Positions 37,201-52,200 are shown, counted from the stretch's first letter. The stretch is DNA of 64,000 nt from Phoronis australis (GCA_002633005.1 NMRA01000832.1:46481-110480), one strand, 5' to 3'. Made by a program: numbers and translations. Notes: generated by a model from the letters alone, not told the origin.

Positions 37201-40200
37201 GGTCACAGTAGACGACCGATGACCCTTGCATGTACTTGCTTCCATTACCACAGAGTCCGTGCCAACGGTGGGTATCGGCCTGCCACAAACAGACAGCACT
37301 GTTGTACACTAAGACAGCAGCACGTTTACATCCCCACACTGTTCAACTACTGACTACAAAACAGGCTCAGAACCAATCCGCAAGACAAGTCCATTCTTAC
37401 CCTGTCTTCCATGACTTGACATCCCCCTGCAGTTGCTTCTTGGACTGTGCCAATTTCTTAATCTCCTCTTCTTTCGTCTTGACATCTTCCTCTTTCTGCG
37501 CTAAGTTAGCCTCAGCCTCGCCCAGTGCCGTCTGCAGTGTCAAGAGCTGCGTGTCCAGAGAGGTCTTAGCCTGCTCCAGCATCTGGGCATGTTGGTCCAG
37601 TTGTAAGACCTAACAACAACAAAAAATAATTGCAGGCAGTCTGATACACACTGTATCAGACGCGCGCAGGCCTCGTATGTGGGCCCATTGCACTGATCAC
37701 CTGGAACAATTTTTATGCTTTATTAATACATAAAACAACAAGAGACTGAACACTTACTTACAAGTGAGACAAAAACAGTTAGTGTAATGCTAGAGCATCT
37801 ATTGGCTCGTTTGTTGACTAATTCACAGCACTGGCACATCTATAGTCTTAGTGAATGTTGCTGACCTGTCAATAGTAATTTGCATGTCAGTGGCTTTTAA
37901 ATGACTATGTTTACCCTGAACCCGCGTTTGTAAGTGCTTTGAGATGCGGGATTTTAAACATCATCTGTGCCACCTCACTTGAGAAAATCAGCATGTTTGC
38001 ACGATAACAGTTCTGCTTCGACTGGGCCTGTTACTGTTGTTGATGTTGCAAATTCCAAGAGTACATACTACCAGTGTATTACTACTACTACTACTACTAC
38101 ATATTCATTGTGACATAAAGCATAGATTGTAATAAATCAGTGAAACTCAACGTGTCTGTTTTGAGAGTAAGACAAGCCTCTTGCAAAGAGTGGCAATCAT
38201 TTCAGTCAGTGTCTGTTTTGAGAGTAAGACAAGCCTCTTGCAAGGAGTGGCAATCATTTCAGTCAGTGAACAGTTGCTCATATGTCATTAGTACTTCAAC
38301 GCCCCCTGTAGAACATAAATGAGACCCTTTCCCTGAATCCATTGTGCAGATTTAGGTTAGGAAGAAGCAAATAAACTAATGGAAACTTTGTACTTAAANA
38401 GCAAATGTGACTTTTGTAACTGGTCCTTTTGCAGTTATGAATTAAATTATAAATTATACTCAAGATTTATAAAGTCTACTTTGTCAAATGTGACATCTTG
38501 CACCACACCATGAGAACATTCGTTTGGCTAAACATGTTTTAAAAATAAATGCTGAAAGATTCTGAACACGTTTACTAGAGTTATTGTTAACCACATTCTT
38601 GCAGGTAAAGAGTCAACCGCGTGAATAAACCCAACATTACTGTTGGCTCATTTCATTTATAAGCTAACCTAATACAAAGGATATACAACCACTGTCTATT
38701 TCATGTAAGCTATATATGCACCAATGAAAACCAGTTTGGTGATTACCATTAGTTGCAAAAATGGTTCGTCTCCACTGGTTGCTTAGCAACACAGCACAGC
38801 AGATCCAGGCGCTTTACTAATTGTTCACATCAGCAAAAGTGAACATGCATAAGAGCCAAGTCATGACAGAATTCCATGGGCATATGCACAAAAGTCTGCA
38901 TGAGTCTATCTTTGTACAATTCAACCCCAGTATATAAACCGCCCAAATTACGATGTTTCAATACATGTATTAAGACTGCGTGTGAGACGCCAACTTACAC
39001 TAGCTTCCTTCGTCTCTGCCCACTCATGGAACTCAGTAAGCCGAGACTGAGCTTCCGTCAGCTGTTGCTGCAGGGCTGCCACTTGCTCTTGCAGGGAACT
39101 GTTGTGCAACTGGAAACACAGAGACACAACAGCATAAACATCAATATCGATACAATGTGGACAGAATGGGATAATGCGTTGTACTTTGTACAAGGCTGAT
39201 GTGACATCGATACAACGTGGACACAATGGGATAATGTGTTGTGCTTTGTACAAGGCTGATGTGAAATGGAAATTCTTTCAATTTTCATAGGCCTCTAACA
39301 CCGTTGTGAATGCCCGCAGTGTCTCTGATGATTGTTAAGGCAAAGGACTTGAAAATGGCAAAGCATTTATGTCATGTTGCTCATCCTTCATGAAAGAAGT
39401 AAAAAACTAAAATTTGATCTTTTGCCCAACTATGTTCTAAACTGGTGACATTTTACAACGTTACAGTTTACAATTTAAATGCTTTGATTCTCGGAAATCT
39501 TAGGGAAAAATGGGTTTCGTGGCACTGCATCTCAGTCGCCCCCCCCCTCCCCCTTTAGGTCACCAAGTGATCACAGTCTACTCCTTCATAACACAAACAA
39601 GACAAGATTTGAAAGTGTCCAATGTAATGTCTTACCTTAGTCAATGAGGGTCAGATTTCTCCAAACACTTTTAGTTGTTTTAATTGCAGCTTTGATGATC
39701 ACAGATACAGAGTAAAACATGCATGAAAATGATGCCTGCATGTTAAAAGTCACACGTACTTTCCAAAAAATTACATTTGCTTGCAAAATGAAAACATCGT
39801 CTTTATGAATTTCTCGCGTAATATTAAAATCTTTCTTCTTAACAGCTAATTTCTGAAGGTAAAAGTTACACAATATTGACATGGTATACATGGGCAAAAT
39901 TTTAACAATTTCTGGCTAAAAAACTTAAAATGATCTAAAGGAGTCCAAGATGCTAGATTGCAAATACTTACGTGGACAGTTTGAATCTCTTGCTTTTCCC
40001 TAAAGCTGGTCTCCTTCTGGGATTTCTGGGATTTTTCTAACTCCAATAACTGTATGAACAACAACAAAAATGTAAAATATTTTACAAATACCTTTTTGCT
40101 TCATAATAATCATCCTGACGTGCAATGTCTGAAAACTCCACAATTCAAGAAAATTAAAGTGCCGGCTTAGCAGAACCCTTTCTCTACAATTTTCGCTATT

Positions 40201-43200
40201 AAGAAGGTCAATATCTCCCTTTAACAAAAACGTGTCGGTAATTCCGGGAGAACGTGTATTTAGAATAAACTTGATAAAACCATCTCCCTAAAAAAGCCCA
40301 ACATTTGTGGACCCATGTTTAGCTTTGGTTTCCAGCAAGTATTGTTTCAGTGGCAAGCTGAACTCAAACAACCAAGTCTGGCCGCCATTAACCTAAAGAT
40401 AAACTATTATTAAAGATGTTTTGTGATCAAATAACTTCTGCTCAATATTATTCACGAACAACACCTTAGGGGGAATTGAAATTAAAATGACTTCTTCATT
40501 AGCTACTAGCAGAAGGTAATACGCAACAGCACGTCTGGTCGCAGTAAGAACAGGTGGTTCAACAGCACCTGCTATATATTTGTTCACTCTATTTATATAC
40601 AGCTATGACAGACACTGTCATCACAATCGTAATGAAATGTACTGTTAATAAGATTGCAACAAAGAAATTGCGCCAATATACCATGGCCACACGCATAGTC
40701 ACAGAGGGGGGCAGGGCACAACTCCACGAACTGCAGAAAAGCTCTTGCCATGGTCAAAAGATTTTTAATATTGCATTTGCTCCTCCCCCTTGATTGCTAA
40801 GTGCCCCCAGGTTGACATACACATCAATAACTTGACGATGTCGGTGACCATGCCATGCCATTTAAACATGATACTAAAATGACTAAGGGCACTAAGGCTT
40901 CCAAATTCAATATAACTGAAACAGCTGACAATTTTACCTTTCTTGTTGCTTCTTCAGCCTGCTCCTCAAGACTTTCTTTCTGAATTTCCAACAGTTTGCA
41001 CTTTTGATCCAACTCCATAAAATTAAACTCAACTGATTTTCTCTTGCGATTTCTCTGGAAGTGTACAGTCAACAATTCATATTTTAACAAAATCGATCCC
41101 ACTGAAAATTCAGTCTATTGCCACAAAGTTGCGTCGAAATATTAAAACTGGTTAACATATAATTCCAGGCTAGGCAAAGTATAAAGTACCGGTAATCAGT
41201 ATCAACAGATTCATCTTCCCAAAACAAAGCACTGAGAGTTCAAGCAATATCTGACAGAAGTGTAAGGTTAAAGGCTATCTAACAGTGTGAGATGAAACAA
41301 AATGAGTTCATGTATTATCAAGAGTGGGTAAGAGATTAGACAGCAGCACAAATATCAAGTATTGCAACTTCACCTTCAAGTAGTCTTTCCCCCTATCATA
41401 AAACATAGAAGTCATCATCGCACCTTTTTGAGTATAACTCTACGACTTAATCTGTGCTATGCACCACACCTTGATAGGGTGCTCTAGACGGTTGGTCTAC
41501 ATTATACGATGAGCACACCTTGATAGGGTGCTCAAGACCAGTGGTCTACATTATACGATGACCACGGAAATTTGAATAGGTGATGCGACATCTATTTGAC
41601 CAACCGAATTTAGCCAAAACAAAATCCAATCCCTGACATATGATCAAATTTTGATTTTCTACTGAGCACATGCGTGTTTGCACTTCTTGTAACTATACCC
41701 TTGGAGTGTTGAATTCGTAACCTAGAAATATTACAACCATTTTCATAAATTTCCATCAAAGCCTTGAAAATCTAAAAGAACAGCGCCACTTCACCACTAC
41801 AGACTTACATTCCTGTCACACACAAAGTAGCAGAGAGTGTATGAAATGAACAGCGCCACTGAGAACAGCGCTACCAGAACGATGAGAGCGGGAGGTAGCC
41901 CCAACGGTTCTTGTTCCAAGATCATCTTCACAGAGGGCGGTAGCTGCAAGAGAATGAATAATTAAAAGTGCACGTGAACCCCATTATTCAATTTGGCACA
42001 TGGTCTGTTACAATGAAAATGACTCCCTGAAACTATGTAAATTAGCTGCATTTGCTGCAGAGTTCCGAGCCTGTAAGAGATCCGCCTGAAAGTCATCATC
42101 ATCTGTTGTTATCTTCATATAAATACACTTACTAAATTTAGTAAAGATCCTGCAGTGGGTTTAGGAGATACAACTATGGGCGCAAAACAAAACTACCACT
42201 AGGAGGTGCAACAGTAGTCAGTCTCCATCATCAAAGGTCGTCTTCACACTGAGAACATATATGCCAGAATTTTCAAATGATTTGGTTGATACAGGGGTGC
42301 ACACCAAAAAAGGAATTTGAAAACAGCAAAAATGGCCACTAGGTGGTGCAAAATACCTCGATTCTATCCTAAAACAGGAATATAGAGTCATCACACCAAT
42401 AGATGCCAAAATTTAAAATTTTATGAAAAACTGTTGAAGACCTTTGAAGATACTGAGTTAAACGTAAAAAAAAACTAAAATTGCTACTAGGGGACACAGC
42501 AGTAGTCAGATCTGTCTGATGAAAGTCGTCGTCATCCGTAGTCAACATCATATAAATACACTTGCTAAATTAAGTAAAGATCCTGCGAACGGTTTAGGAT
42601 ATACAGCCATAGGCGCAACAAAAACAAAACTGCCACTAGGAGTTGCCACAGTAGTCGAAATCATCGGAAAATCATCGTCAACCGTCCTCTTTAGAGTAAG
42701 CACATACCTCCCAATTTTCACAATCATCCTTTGAGCGGTTTGGTTGATAGAGGGGTGGACGCAAAAACTCAAAAACAGTAAAAATGGCCACTAGGTGGCG
42801 CAAACTGCGCCGAATCAAACCAAAACGGGAGGATAGCGTCACCTCACTAATAGGTGCCTACATATTAAATTTCATGAAAATCCGTTAAGGACTTTTGAAG
42901 ATACAAAGGCAAGCGTAAAAAACTAAAATTGCCACTAGGGGGCACACCGGTAGTCGGATCCGTCCGAAAGTTCACTCATGCCGTCCCATTCATGAATGGA
43001 ACATATGTACCAAATTTCATGAACGTATGTCAAAGGATTTTGGAGATAGAGCAGTGGACGCCGAACGGATGCCGCCCGGACGGACGGACGGAGATGACAG
43101 CATAATGCGTCCACATATAAATATGTGGGCACATAACAATGCATTATTCAATTTCACTGTACCAATTCCTTGACAAGGACTTAAGTAAAGCTGATGACAA

Positions 43201-46200
43201 GGTCTTATTATGTCACATTGAAAGCAATATACTCGAGATCTTGTACAATGTATTAGATGTCCCATTTTCAACTCTACACTAACAAGTATGCCTATAAACA
43301 AGGTGAAATCTCAGACAAAGTGTGATATTTTATTCGGTTAATAGAACCTTTTAAGGCTGGCGTTCTACATGAATTGAAGTGATTCTAAACTTGAGTTTAT
43401 TTTTTATCATTTGAGGGGAATTTTTGGAAATGGAGAGGGGAATTTCATGTGATTTTTAAATGTCATTTAGAGAACCTGATATTTGTCCCCAATATCGAGA
43501 CAACGGTAGGTTGAAATGAAGTCCCATTACAAATTACCTAACAGATGGCACTGTATGTGGATTTAAATTTGTCAGGGGAATAACGTTGAGTTATTTTGTA
43601 TGACATGACAAAAACTTACCATTTTGCCAAGATCATTTAGAATCTTTTCTGTCTTGCCAAAGCCTTTTGAAACGGTGCCAGTTTCTGTTACGTCATCAAC
43701 TTCCAGGTCCTCATCATTAATTTTCCTGGAACTGAAATCTGTGCTGTAAGCATCACCACCCCCATCTGTTGGTGACTTCTGAATCTCTGCAGATTCATCA
43801 GATGGCGTCAATGTCTGCTCACTACCACCAGATGGTGTCTCATTTGGGTCGTCTGTGGAGTCCTCAACTTCGGTAGGGTCAAGGGGTTGTTTATCAGAGA
43901 CGGACTGCTTGGTGTCAGCTGACAAATCTAGGTCTTTACCACCAGATTCATCAACATCACTCTTTCCATTATCGGTTTCAATAACTGAACTATACTTATC
44001 AGTCTCGGGGCGATCATCTGTTGGTGGTGTCCGAATCTCAGGAGATTCATCAGAAGATGGTGCTACTGTCTGCTCATTACCTCCAGATGGTGAATCCTTC
44101 GGGTCATCTGAGGAGTCTTCTAGGTCTGTAGCATCAGGAGGTTGTTTGGACACGTCCTCCTCTTTACCACCTGACTCATCAACATCATTCTTTCCAGTTA
44201 TCTCCTGAGATTCATCAGATGACGTTACTTTCTGCTCGCTATCATCAGAACGTGACTCTTTAGGGTTGTCAATGGAGTCTTCTATTTCTGTAGCGTCTGA
44301 AGTTTGCTCATCAGAGATGGACTGTTTTGTGTCAGCTGAAACTGATTCTTCGGATTCTTTACCAACAGATTCATCAACATCCCTCTTTCCAACAGTAACT
44401 GAATTGTCTCCACCACTCGAGTGCCATGTCTTTAGTTCAACCAAGGTTTCTGTGTCAATGTCATCTTCAGATAACTTCATCATACGCTTATCACGAACTG
44501 TGCCTTCTAAGACTGGTGTTGCTGCACTCGAAGACATATCCTCACTGTCCGTAGATAGCATTTTTCTACCTAAGTATTCCTTTCCACGTTCATACAAATC
44601 CTGCCCGGGTACAGCGTCACCTCCTGTTCCATTCCTGCTGCTGCTGTCAGATGTAGCAGTAGACGTAAGTGTTGGTTCAGTTTTGACTAGATCTGCTTCG
44701 TTTACTGATGAACCAGCAGCAACGACCTCAGACGGTGGTGTCCTGGCAACATGGGGAGCACCGTAAGGTAACACGCTTGAAGAAGGTTGGACCAAAGTTG
44801 CAGACTTGTTACGGAGACCCTCGTCTAAGACAGATGGAGCAACTGACACAGTTGGAAGAGGTGTGTCTTTTGAATCTGAGTACTCTGAATCATCAACGAT
44901 ACTTGTTTCAGCAGCAGATGCAACGATGTCAAGCACTTTGTTTGGTTCAATTAGAATCTTGTTATCGGCATCTGTCATAGTTTCAACAGGTGGTAATTCT
45001 GACACTTCTTTAGAAGATCCCTTGTAAAACTCTGTCTCAGAAGACATCAGAAGGTCTTTAACATCTGTTGTCTGATAAACTGCTGCACTGGTTGTCACTA
45101 TATCACTTAAGGATGTGGTTGCTACACCATCAGACTTGCCAGGAACCGCCTCCTCATTTCTAACTCCATGCAAACCCTTTTCAGTTTCCTCACTGGTAAA
45201 GGATGCAGTTTTAGACGTCTCCATAGCAACATCATCAACATAATCTCCTCCTGTCTTTGCATCTGTCTCTGCATGATGAACAATGGGTGTCTGCTCAGCC
45301 TTCACAGCAGGTTGCCCATCTAGAGGAGGATGATCAGCAGGACTTGGTTCCTTACCAGAAGGAAGATCCAGGTCTCCTTCATCAGAACCAGTTTGTGATT
45401 CAGATGTTGCTGCATCTTCATGGCTGCTACCATCAAGATCTTTGGATTCATCATCAGATTTATCATCATCACCAACCTCCGTGGGATCATCTTCATCCTT
45501 CTCTTCTTCTTTGCTTGCTCCTTTCAGTTCTTCTGCACTATCAGAAGTATGAGGTGCACTTGCTGAAGGAACACTTTCTTCAGGAGAAGTCTTGACCTGA
45601 CTATCAACAATAGGTATGGGTGGTTCTTTAGTTGGTTCATCAGTTGGACTAGGAACAGCTCCTGAAAGTGCTTCATCTTCTTTAGCAGAAGAAGAAGAAG
45701 TTTCTGAAGATGCTCCAGCTTCAATTTCATTGGCAGCAACTTCATCCGAGATTGACTCAACAGGCTGTGCAGATTCCAAATCCGGCTGCACGGGAGGCTT
45801 TTCTGAAGAGCTCTCGGGCTTGGGCTCTCTGTCAGTGGGTGACGAAATGTGGGCCTTTTCCATGGTACTCGGAGGTGAACTCGTTGGGGATTGTGGTGAT
45901 CCTTGATTTCTCGAAATAAATTCATTCATCTCTGAAAGTAATCAGAAAAATGGGACAATTTGTGTCAATCTGAATAGTTGGCAGAAGTCCATCTTATAGG
46001 CAAATTTAGCTAAAGACGTGGTGGTAGCGTCTGTTTAGAAGTAAGCAGTTCTTGAACTGCATTTCCCACAAACAAATAATTTTTAGTACAAGTAGAATAT
46101 AGGAAGCAATCTCTAAAATGTATTTTATTTGTTTGTGGATTGTTATGAAATTTTCAGGGTAAGACAAGCACACACATTGTTTTGTGATACTTTAAAGTTA

Positions 46201-49200
46201 TGACATCATATGACACAGTGAGGCAGAGAAATTCGCCAGATATCTAGTATTTGAAAAGATGTCAGATAAAAACAATATCGGTGGTCAATGAAGGGTTTTG
46301 CTTGAAATACAGACCTCGGTGGCCCTGGTAGATACCTTGTGTCACGACTAATGATCCAAATTCTGATCCCCAATCAGAATCGTTTTGAATTTTGTGTCAA
46401 TTGTAATAGCATGTCTAAGTATTGGAATACTTATTTTAGATACTACTTAATTGTATATACCTCTATGTATATAAGTTTCATTTATGAATTGTTTACAACC
46501 CAGATATAATGCTTCGCGGTTTCTGGGTTTGTTATTATTTCTTTGTATGTTCTGTGTATCCTTCAATAAATATATATCACAGTGAAAAAAAAAATTGAAC
46601 GTCGACACTAGGACAGTCTAGATTATACTGCATCGATAACAATTTAACAAGTAAACGATTAATAAATATTTCTTCAAAAAAAATCTACTCAACGTTAAGA
46701 ATTTGACCTTCATTTGAAGTATGACAAAACTGTTGTCGTGTCATCTGATGTCATCAAACTTAAATCAATAATCTCCATGAAATTTAGAATTATGTCAAGA
46801 ATGGGCAAGTATCTAAGCTGCCGATTGGTAGGTTTGGCAGTGAATGGGTTACTTGCTGAAAGGTGCACTTGGGTGTGAAACAGTAACAAATGTGTTCTAA
46901 TAAGTAGTAAACAGACAAACTATAGTGACTTCAACCAAATTTAAAGCAAGGCCTTTACTCATTACCAACACTGGTCATAAGCTTGGTCACAAATTTTGTT
47001 TTAATTATGATAATAATTAAGTCAAAAAGAGCGTAAGCTGATGATTACGACATTTTATTACCCAAAAATACCTCGATTCTTGGGTAAAATTTAACACGTA
47101 GGGTAGTAGCATGACAAACATGGCCACAATGACTTACCAGCTGCACTGTCATCATCATGATCTGGCTCAGCTTGTAACTTTTCTATTTCTTGCTTGCGTC
47201 TCAAAAAAGCTTCACGGCTTTCAGTTTCTAATTGAGCCTAGTAAAAAGTCATAACGAAAATCAGTCAAAATGCATTCTGAACTGCTAGTCAAAATGCATT
47301 CAGAACTGCAAGAATCGATAGGCAACTTGAGTGTGACACATTTTAGACTACTGTGGGGACTTCGTGAGCAGTATTTTCTAAAACAAATTAGGGCTCAACA
47401 AAAGAATATTGCATTATAATAGGTTATGGCCTTCGAATTAAACAGAAAAAACCAAAACTGCTGTGATTTTGTAAAACAAGAGCAATGCAGAGCGTTGAAA
47501 TGCGCCCACAATTGCACCGTATACGGTATACTTCTAGGGTTGTTTATTGGTACTATAAAGTGGCCAGTAGAGGGCATATATGTAGTATGTTGTACTTTGC
47601 AAAATGGAAAGGCATGGTCATTGTCTCCTCAATAGGCTAGGGGCAAAATGTGAGTGATTTTCATAATACAAGCACATCCTATACATCAGTTGCTTAAAGC
47701 ACCAAAAAAACATAGGACTAAAAACAAATTTACCACCATAAATTTAGATACAGCCATGGGCGCAAAAAAAAACTGCCACTAGGAGGCGCCACAGTAATCA
47801 AAGTCATGGGAAATTCAGCGTCAACCGTCCTCTTCATAGTAAGAATATACATGCCCAATTTTCACAATCATACTTAGAGCGGTTTGGTTGATAGAGGGGT
47901 GGACGCCAAAAAACAGACTAAAAAACAGTAAAAATGGCTACTGCGTGTCGCAAACTAGGTCGAATCCATCCGAAAACGGGAGGATAGCATCATCGCACTA
48001 ATAGGTGCCTACATACCAAATTTCATGAAAATCGACTTTTGAAGATACAAAGGTAAACGTAAAAAAATAAAATTGCCACTAGGGGGCACACTGGTACTCG
48101 GATCCGTCCAAAAGTCGTCATCGTCTGTTGTTAACATCATATAAATACACTTATTAAATTTCGTAAAGATCCTGCAAACGGTTTAGGAGATACAGCCATA
48201 GGCGCAAAAAAAACAAAACTGCCACTAGGAGGCGCCACAGTAGTCGAAAACATCGGAAAATCATCGTCAACTGTCCTCTACATAGTAAGCATATACATGC
48301 CAATTTTCACAATCATCCTTTGAGCGGTTTGGTTGATAGAGGGGTGGATGCACAAAAACAGACTCGAAAACACTAAAAATGGCCACTAGGTGGCGCAAAC
48401 TATGTCGAATCCATCTGAAAACGGGAGGATAGCATCATCTCACTAATAGGTGCCTACATACCAAATTTCATGAAAATCCGTTCAGGACTTTTGAAGATAC
48501 AAAGGTAAGCGTAAAAAACTAAAATTGCCACTAGGGGGCATACCGGAAGTCGGATCCCTCCAAAAGTTCGCACATGCCGTCCCATTCATGAATGGAACAT
48601 ATGTGCCAAATTTCATGAACATATGTCAAAGGGTTTTGGAGATAGAGCAGCGGACACCGGACGGACGGCGCCCGGACGGACGGACGGATGGACGGACGGA
48701 GATGACGGCATAATGCGTCCACATATAAATATGTGGGCGCATAAAAATGAGTGGTATCAAGAATATGAACCAAAGTTCTTTGAATCTTTAAGAATGCTGC
48801 TAGTGGTTTCTAGTTTATCTTTTCATATTTGTTTTATGTAACATGATTTTTTCATAGGAATCCAAAATTTCTATTAATAGCACCTGGTGCTAACAAAATT
48901 AAAAGAATTACAAACAGCATTTGAGACCATTGCAGAAAACATGCCACCTGAAAGTTTCATTTCAATCCAATAAGTCATTCCTCAGAAACAATGTTGCTTA
49001 GTTTGCTGGCTTCGTTACTTTCCTCAACATGTTACTCATAACTTCAAGCCACAAAAAGACAATATGACTGAGATAACACTTACGTCATCAGCTTTTTCAT
49101 CCTTCTCCTGATCTTCACTATCATCATCTGAAGAAAATAATATGTTTGGATCAGAATATATTAACCTTATTTCGGATAGTGAAAATCAATGCATGGGACT

Positions 49201-52200
49201 CCAGGAGATAGATTTGTAAGATTCGAGTCCTCCAACACAGAAACAGGGGAAAAGTGCCAATCAGGCAATCATCTGCGTGGTAAGCTGGTAATTGATTTTT
49301 AATAAATCAACATCCTGTCTGCTACAGGAAGACTTGAAAGCAATTCCTCGTATCTCATAACCTTAGACAGCAAGAATAACAGTAAGATCACGGCAAAATA
49401 AACAACAAATCTATTAGATAAGGGGGATTGCTTTCAAGTCTACCTGTAGCAAACAGGACTTTGATTCACTAGTTCGAAAGACTGCAAGTCAAGCTGGTCA
49501 AAAATATTACTTGTCGTTTATTCAATGCTATTTACCTGTGATAAACTGAACTTTTAGCTGCTTAGAACAAAGAGATCTCTGTAGAAAGGATATCCTACAT
49601 CCACGTTCGTTGCCAACCAATCACTCATTTACAACATTGCTTCACACGAATATTTGCCCTTCCAAGCCAAGGTCATTGCATTCTAACTAACCTGCCACTA
49701 CAAGCAACTGACTTGGCCAGGCCAAAAGCAAACAATGGCAGTCAATAAAATGAATAAGGAGCAAACTGAAACCAACTGATGCAAATCATGAGTCATCCAG
49801 TAGTCAAGAATATGGAGAAATTTATGAATCTACTGTGGACCTACTTGAGAATAACTGACAACCTTTCATCAGTCACTGCTGACTTTATCAAGTCTGTACA
49901 ACATCTGTAGGTGATTGTCAGGAATGAATCAAACAGGAGAGGGAGGCTCAAATTCAACTTGTCATACAACTGGAAATGATGTATTGTCGAAGATTTCCTG
50001 CCACTTGACTCAGTCATGACAAGTGCCAATAGATGTCCAAACAATGCCAATAGTTTTCAAGTAAGTCCAAAATAGATTGAATTTTCTCAACATAAAGACG
50101 AAACTATAAGTGGCCTAAATCAAAAGCTGGTTATTGACAGAAAGCACATATTTTTTAACACTGGCTAATCCAGTAGTTCAGTGTATCTGAGATTGTCATC
50201 CAGAAGCTTGCAAACACATAAATGAAATAGTGACATAGCATTAAAAGCAGTTTTAGCTTGTCTCAGTGAACTAAGCCTTTCCAAAGCTTCAAGGTTATCA
50301 ATTTTTTTAAAACAAAGACAGAAATTCTCTGTTCAACAGAACCTGGTTCTGACCAGTATGTTTGATAAACTGGGTATAACTCACCATATCCACCCAGGTC
50401 AATGCTCAAGGAGAATTAAATCAACATATTGAATTTTGCTGAGAATGCAATAACTCGAATGCAACAGTGGGATTCAAAAGCAAATTCCATAAATGAAAAA
50501 GTAGGGGTTAAATCAAACGTAGACACATGAACATAGAACTCACAAGCAAGAAGCATGCAATAAGCACCAAAGGTTACCCATACCAGAAAAACCAAAATCG
50601 TCGTCATCATCACCTTCAATATCTTCCTCATCACCATCGTCTTCTTCATCCACCTCAGTTGGGTCATCAGATTCAGTTGGATCAGTTCTTTCAGGTAGCG
50701 GGGGTTCTTTAGAAGCATGTTCGTCAGAATCTGTTTGCGATGATGCAGGAGGAACAGCGATGGTTTTCGAATCGTCTTCAACCACCATCTTTTCATTGCT
50801 CTTTTGTTGCTCCTCAGCATCCGTTGGAGTCTCATCATTAGTTTTTGACAACCCGGAACGGTTCTCTTCACTTGGGCTTGGAGGTTCTCCACCTTCATCA
50901 CTTTCCGGAATCTTGGTATGACTCGGAGTGGCATCACTTTGGTCATCTTCCACTTGGCTCTCTGTGGGATCTGGAGCTGCTCGAGAAGGGTTTGGAGGTG
51001 CTCCGTCTTTGTCACTCTCCAGAATCTTGGAACGACTCGGAGCAGAATCACTTTGGACAGTAGAGGCTCTATCTTCATCTTCCTCTGGGCTCCCAGTGGG
51101 ATCTGGCACTGCTTCAGTTGAATCCGGAGGTGCTCTGTTTCCATCACTTTCTGGACTGTCGGTATGTTCCGGGGCTGTTTCCCCTTGGTCAGGTGAGGCT
51201 ACATCTTCATCTTCCTCTGGGCTCTCAGTAGGATCTGGGGCTGCTTCAGTTGGGTCGGGGGGTGCTCTATTTTCAACAACTGCATCTCCATCAAACACCT
51301 GTTTTTCATCTTCCAACTGAAACAAGGGAAATCCAGAGCATTGATATAAACCCTCTGTGTGCATGGCAAACAGCACAGACAGCAAGAATGATAATTATTT
51401 TAAACACTGCCACTAAACTGAACACCACCAGTCAACTCAAAATAGCCTCTAGGGGACATAATTCAAGTTAGCTACACCCTCTTCAACAGGAACACACCTG
51501 CCACCTTTCATCATGGCCCTTCAAGCAGTTTGGCAGATAGAGAGACAGATGATGAAGACACAAAAATACCACAAGGGAGAGCACTATTGGTCAAGTCCAT
51601 TATTGACAGTTAATTGCCACATTTCACGGACATCAATCAACCAGGAACATGGTAACGACTAAGGAAAACGCAAAGAAAACCAAAGATACCCCTAGGAGAC
51701 CCCTTAGTAGTCAAATTTGTCTTAATGTACAACCGTTACTCTCTCAATAACACCCCTAAGTTCAAGAAGATCCGTCACAGAACCTTATCTATATTGAGCA
51801 ACGGCAAAAAATACCACTCATATTGTCAGTCATGCCCTCCTGAGCAAGAACAGTGTTCCAGGCTGAGGCCTCTGCAATTATTTGGGATGTTTAACTGGCA
51901 CGTCAACAAAACAACGAGCTGGGCAATCAGCCTGTTAGCATGTTTAGAGTCTAAACCACTCATAGAAACTAAGAAGACTTCTACAACTCACCTTTATCGG
52001 GACAGTGTGTTTCAATTTATGGTGACGCACTTTAAATTCCTTGACGTAAGTTTTCGATATTATGCCAAACTTTTCACCTATCTGAAAACAGACAATGAAC
52101 CACATACATAGTAGAATTGAAGAACAAATGACTTTCTCATATGGTCTCAATGGTGAAAATGTTTGCCAACAGTAAGAAAGCCAAATGTTTGACCAATAAC

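Noticed and set aside
43855-45919. Several 70-166 aa ORFs antisense or off-frame to TANGO1 exon 7 (likewise at 50416-51471)
   Set aside because: Shadow ORFs caused by the biased codon composition of the real exon
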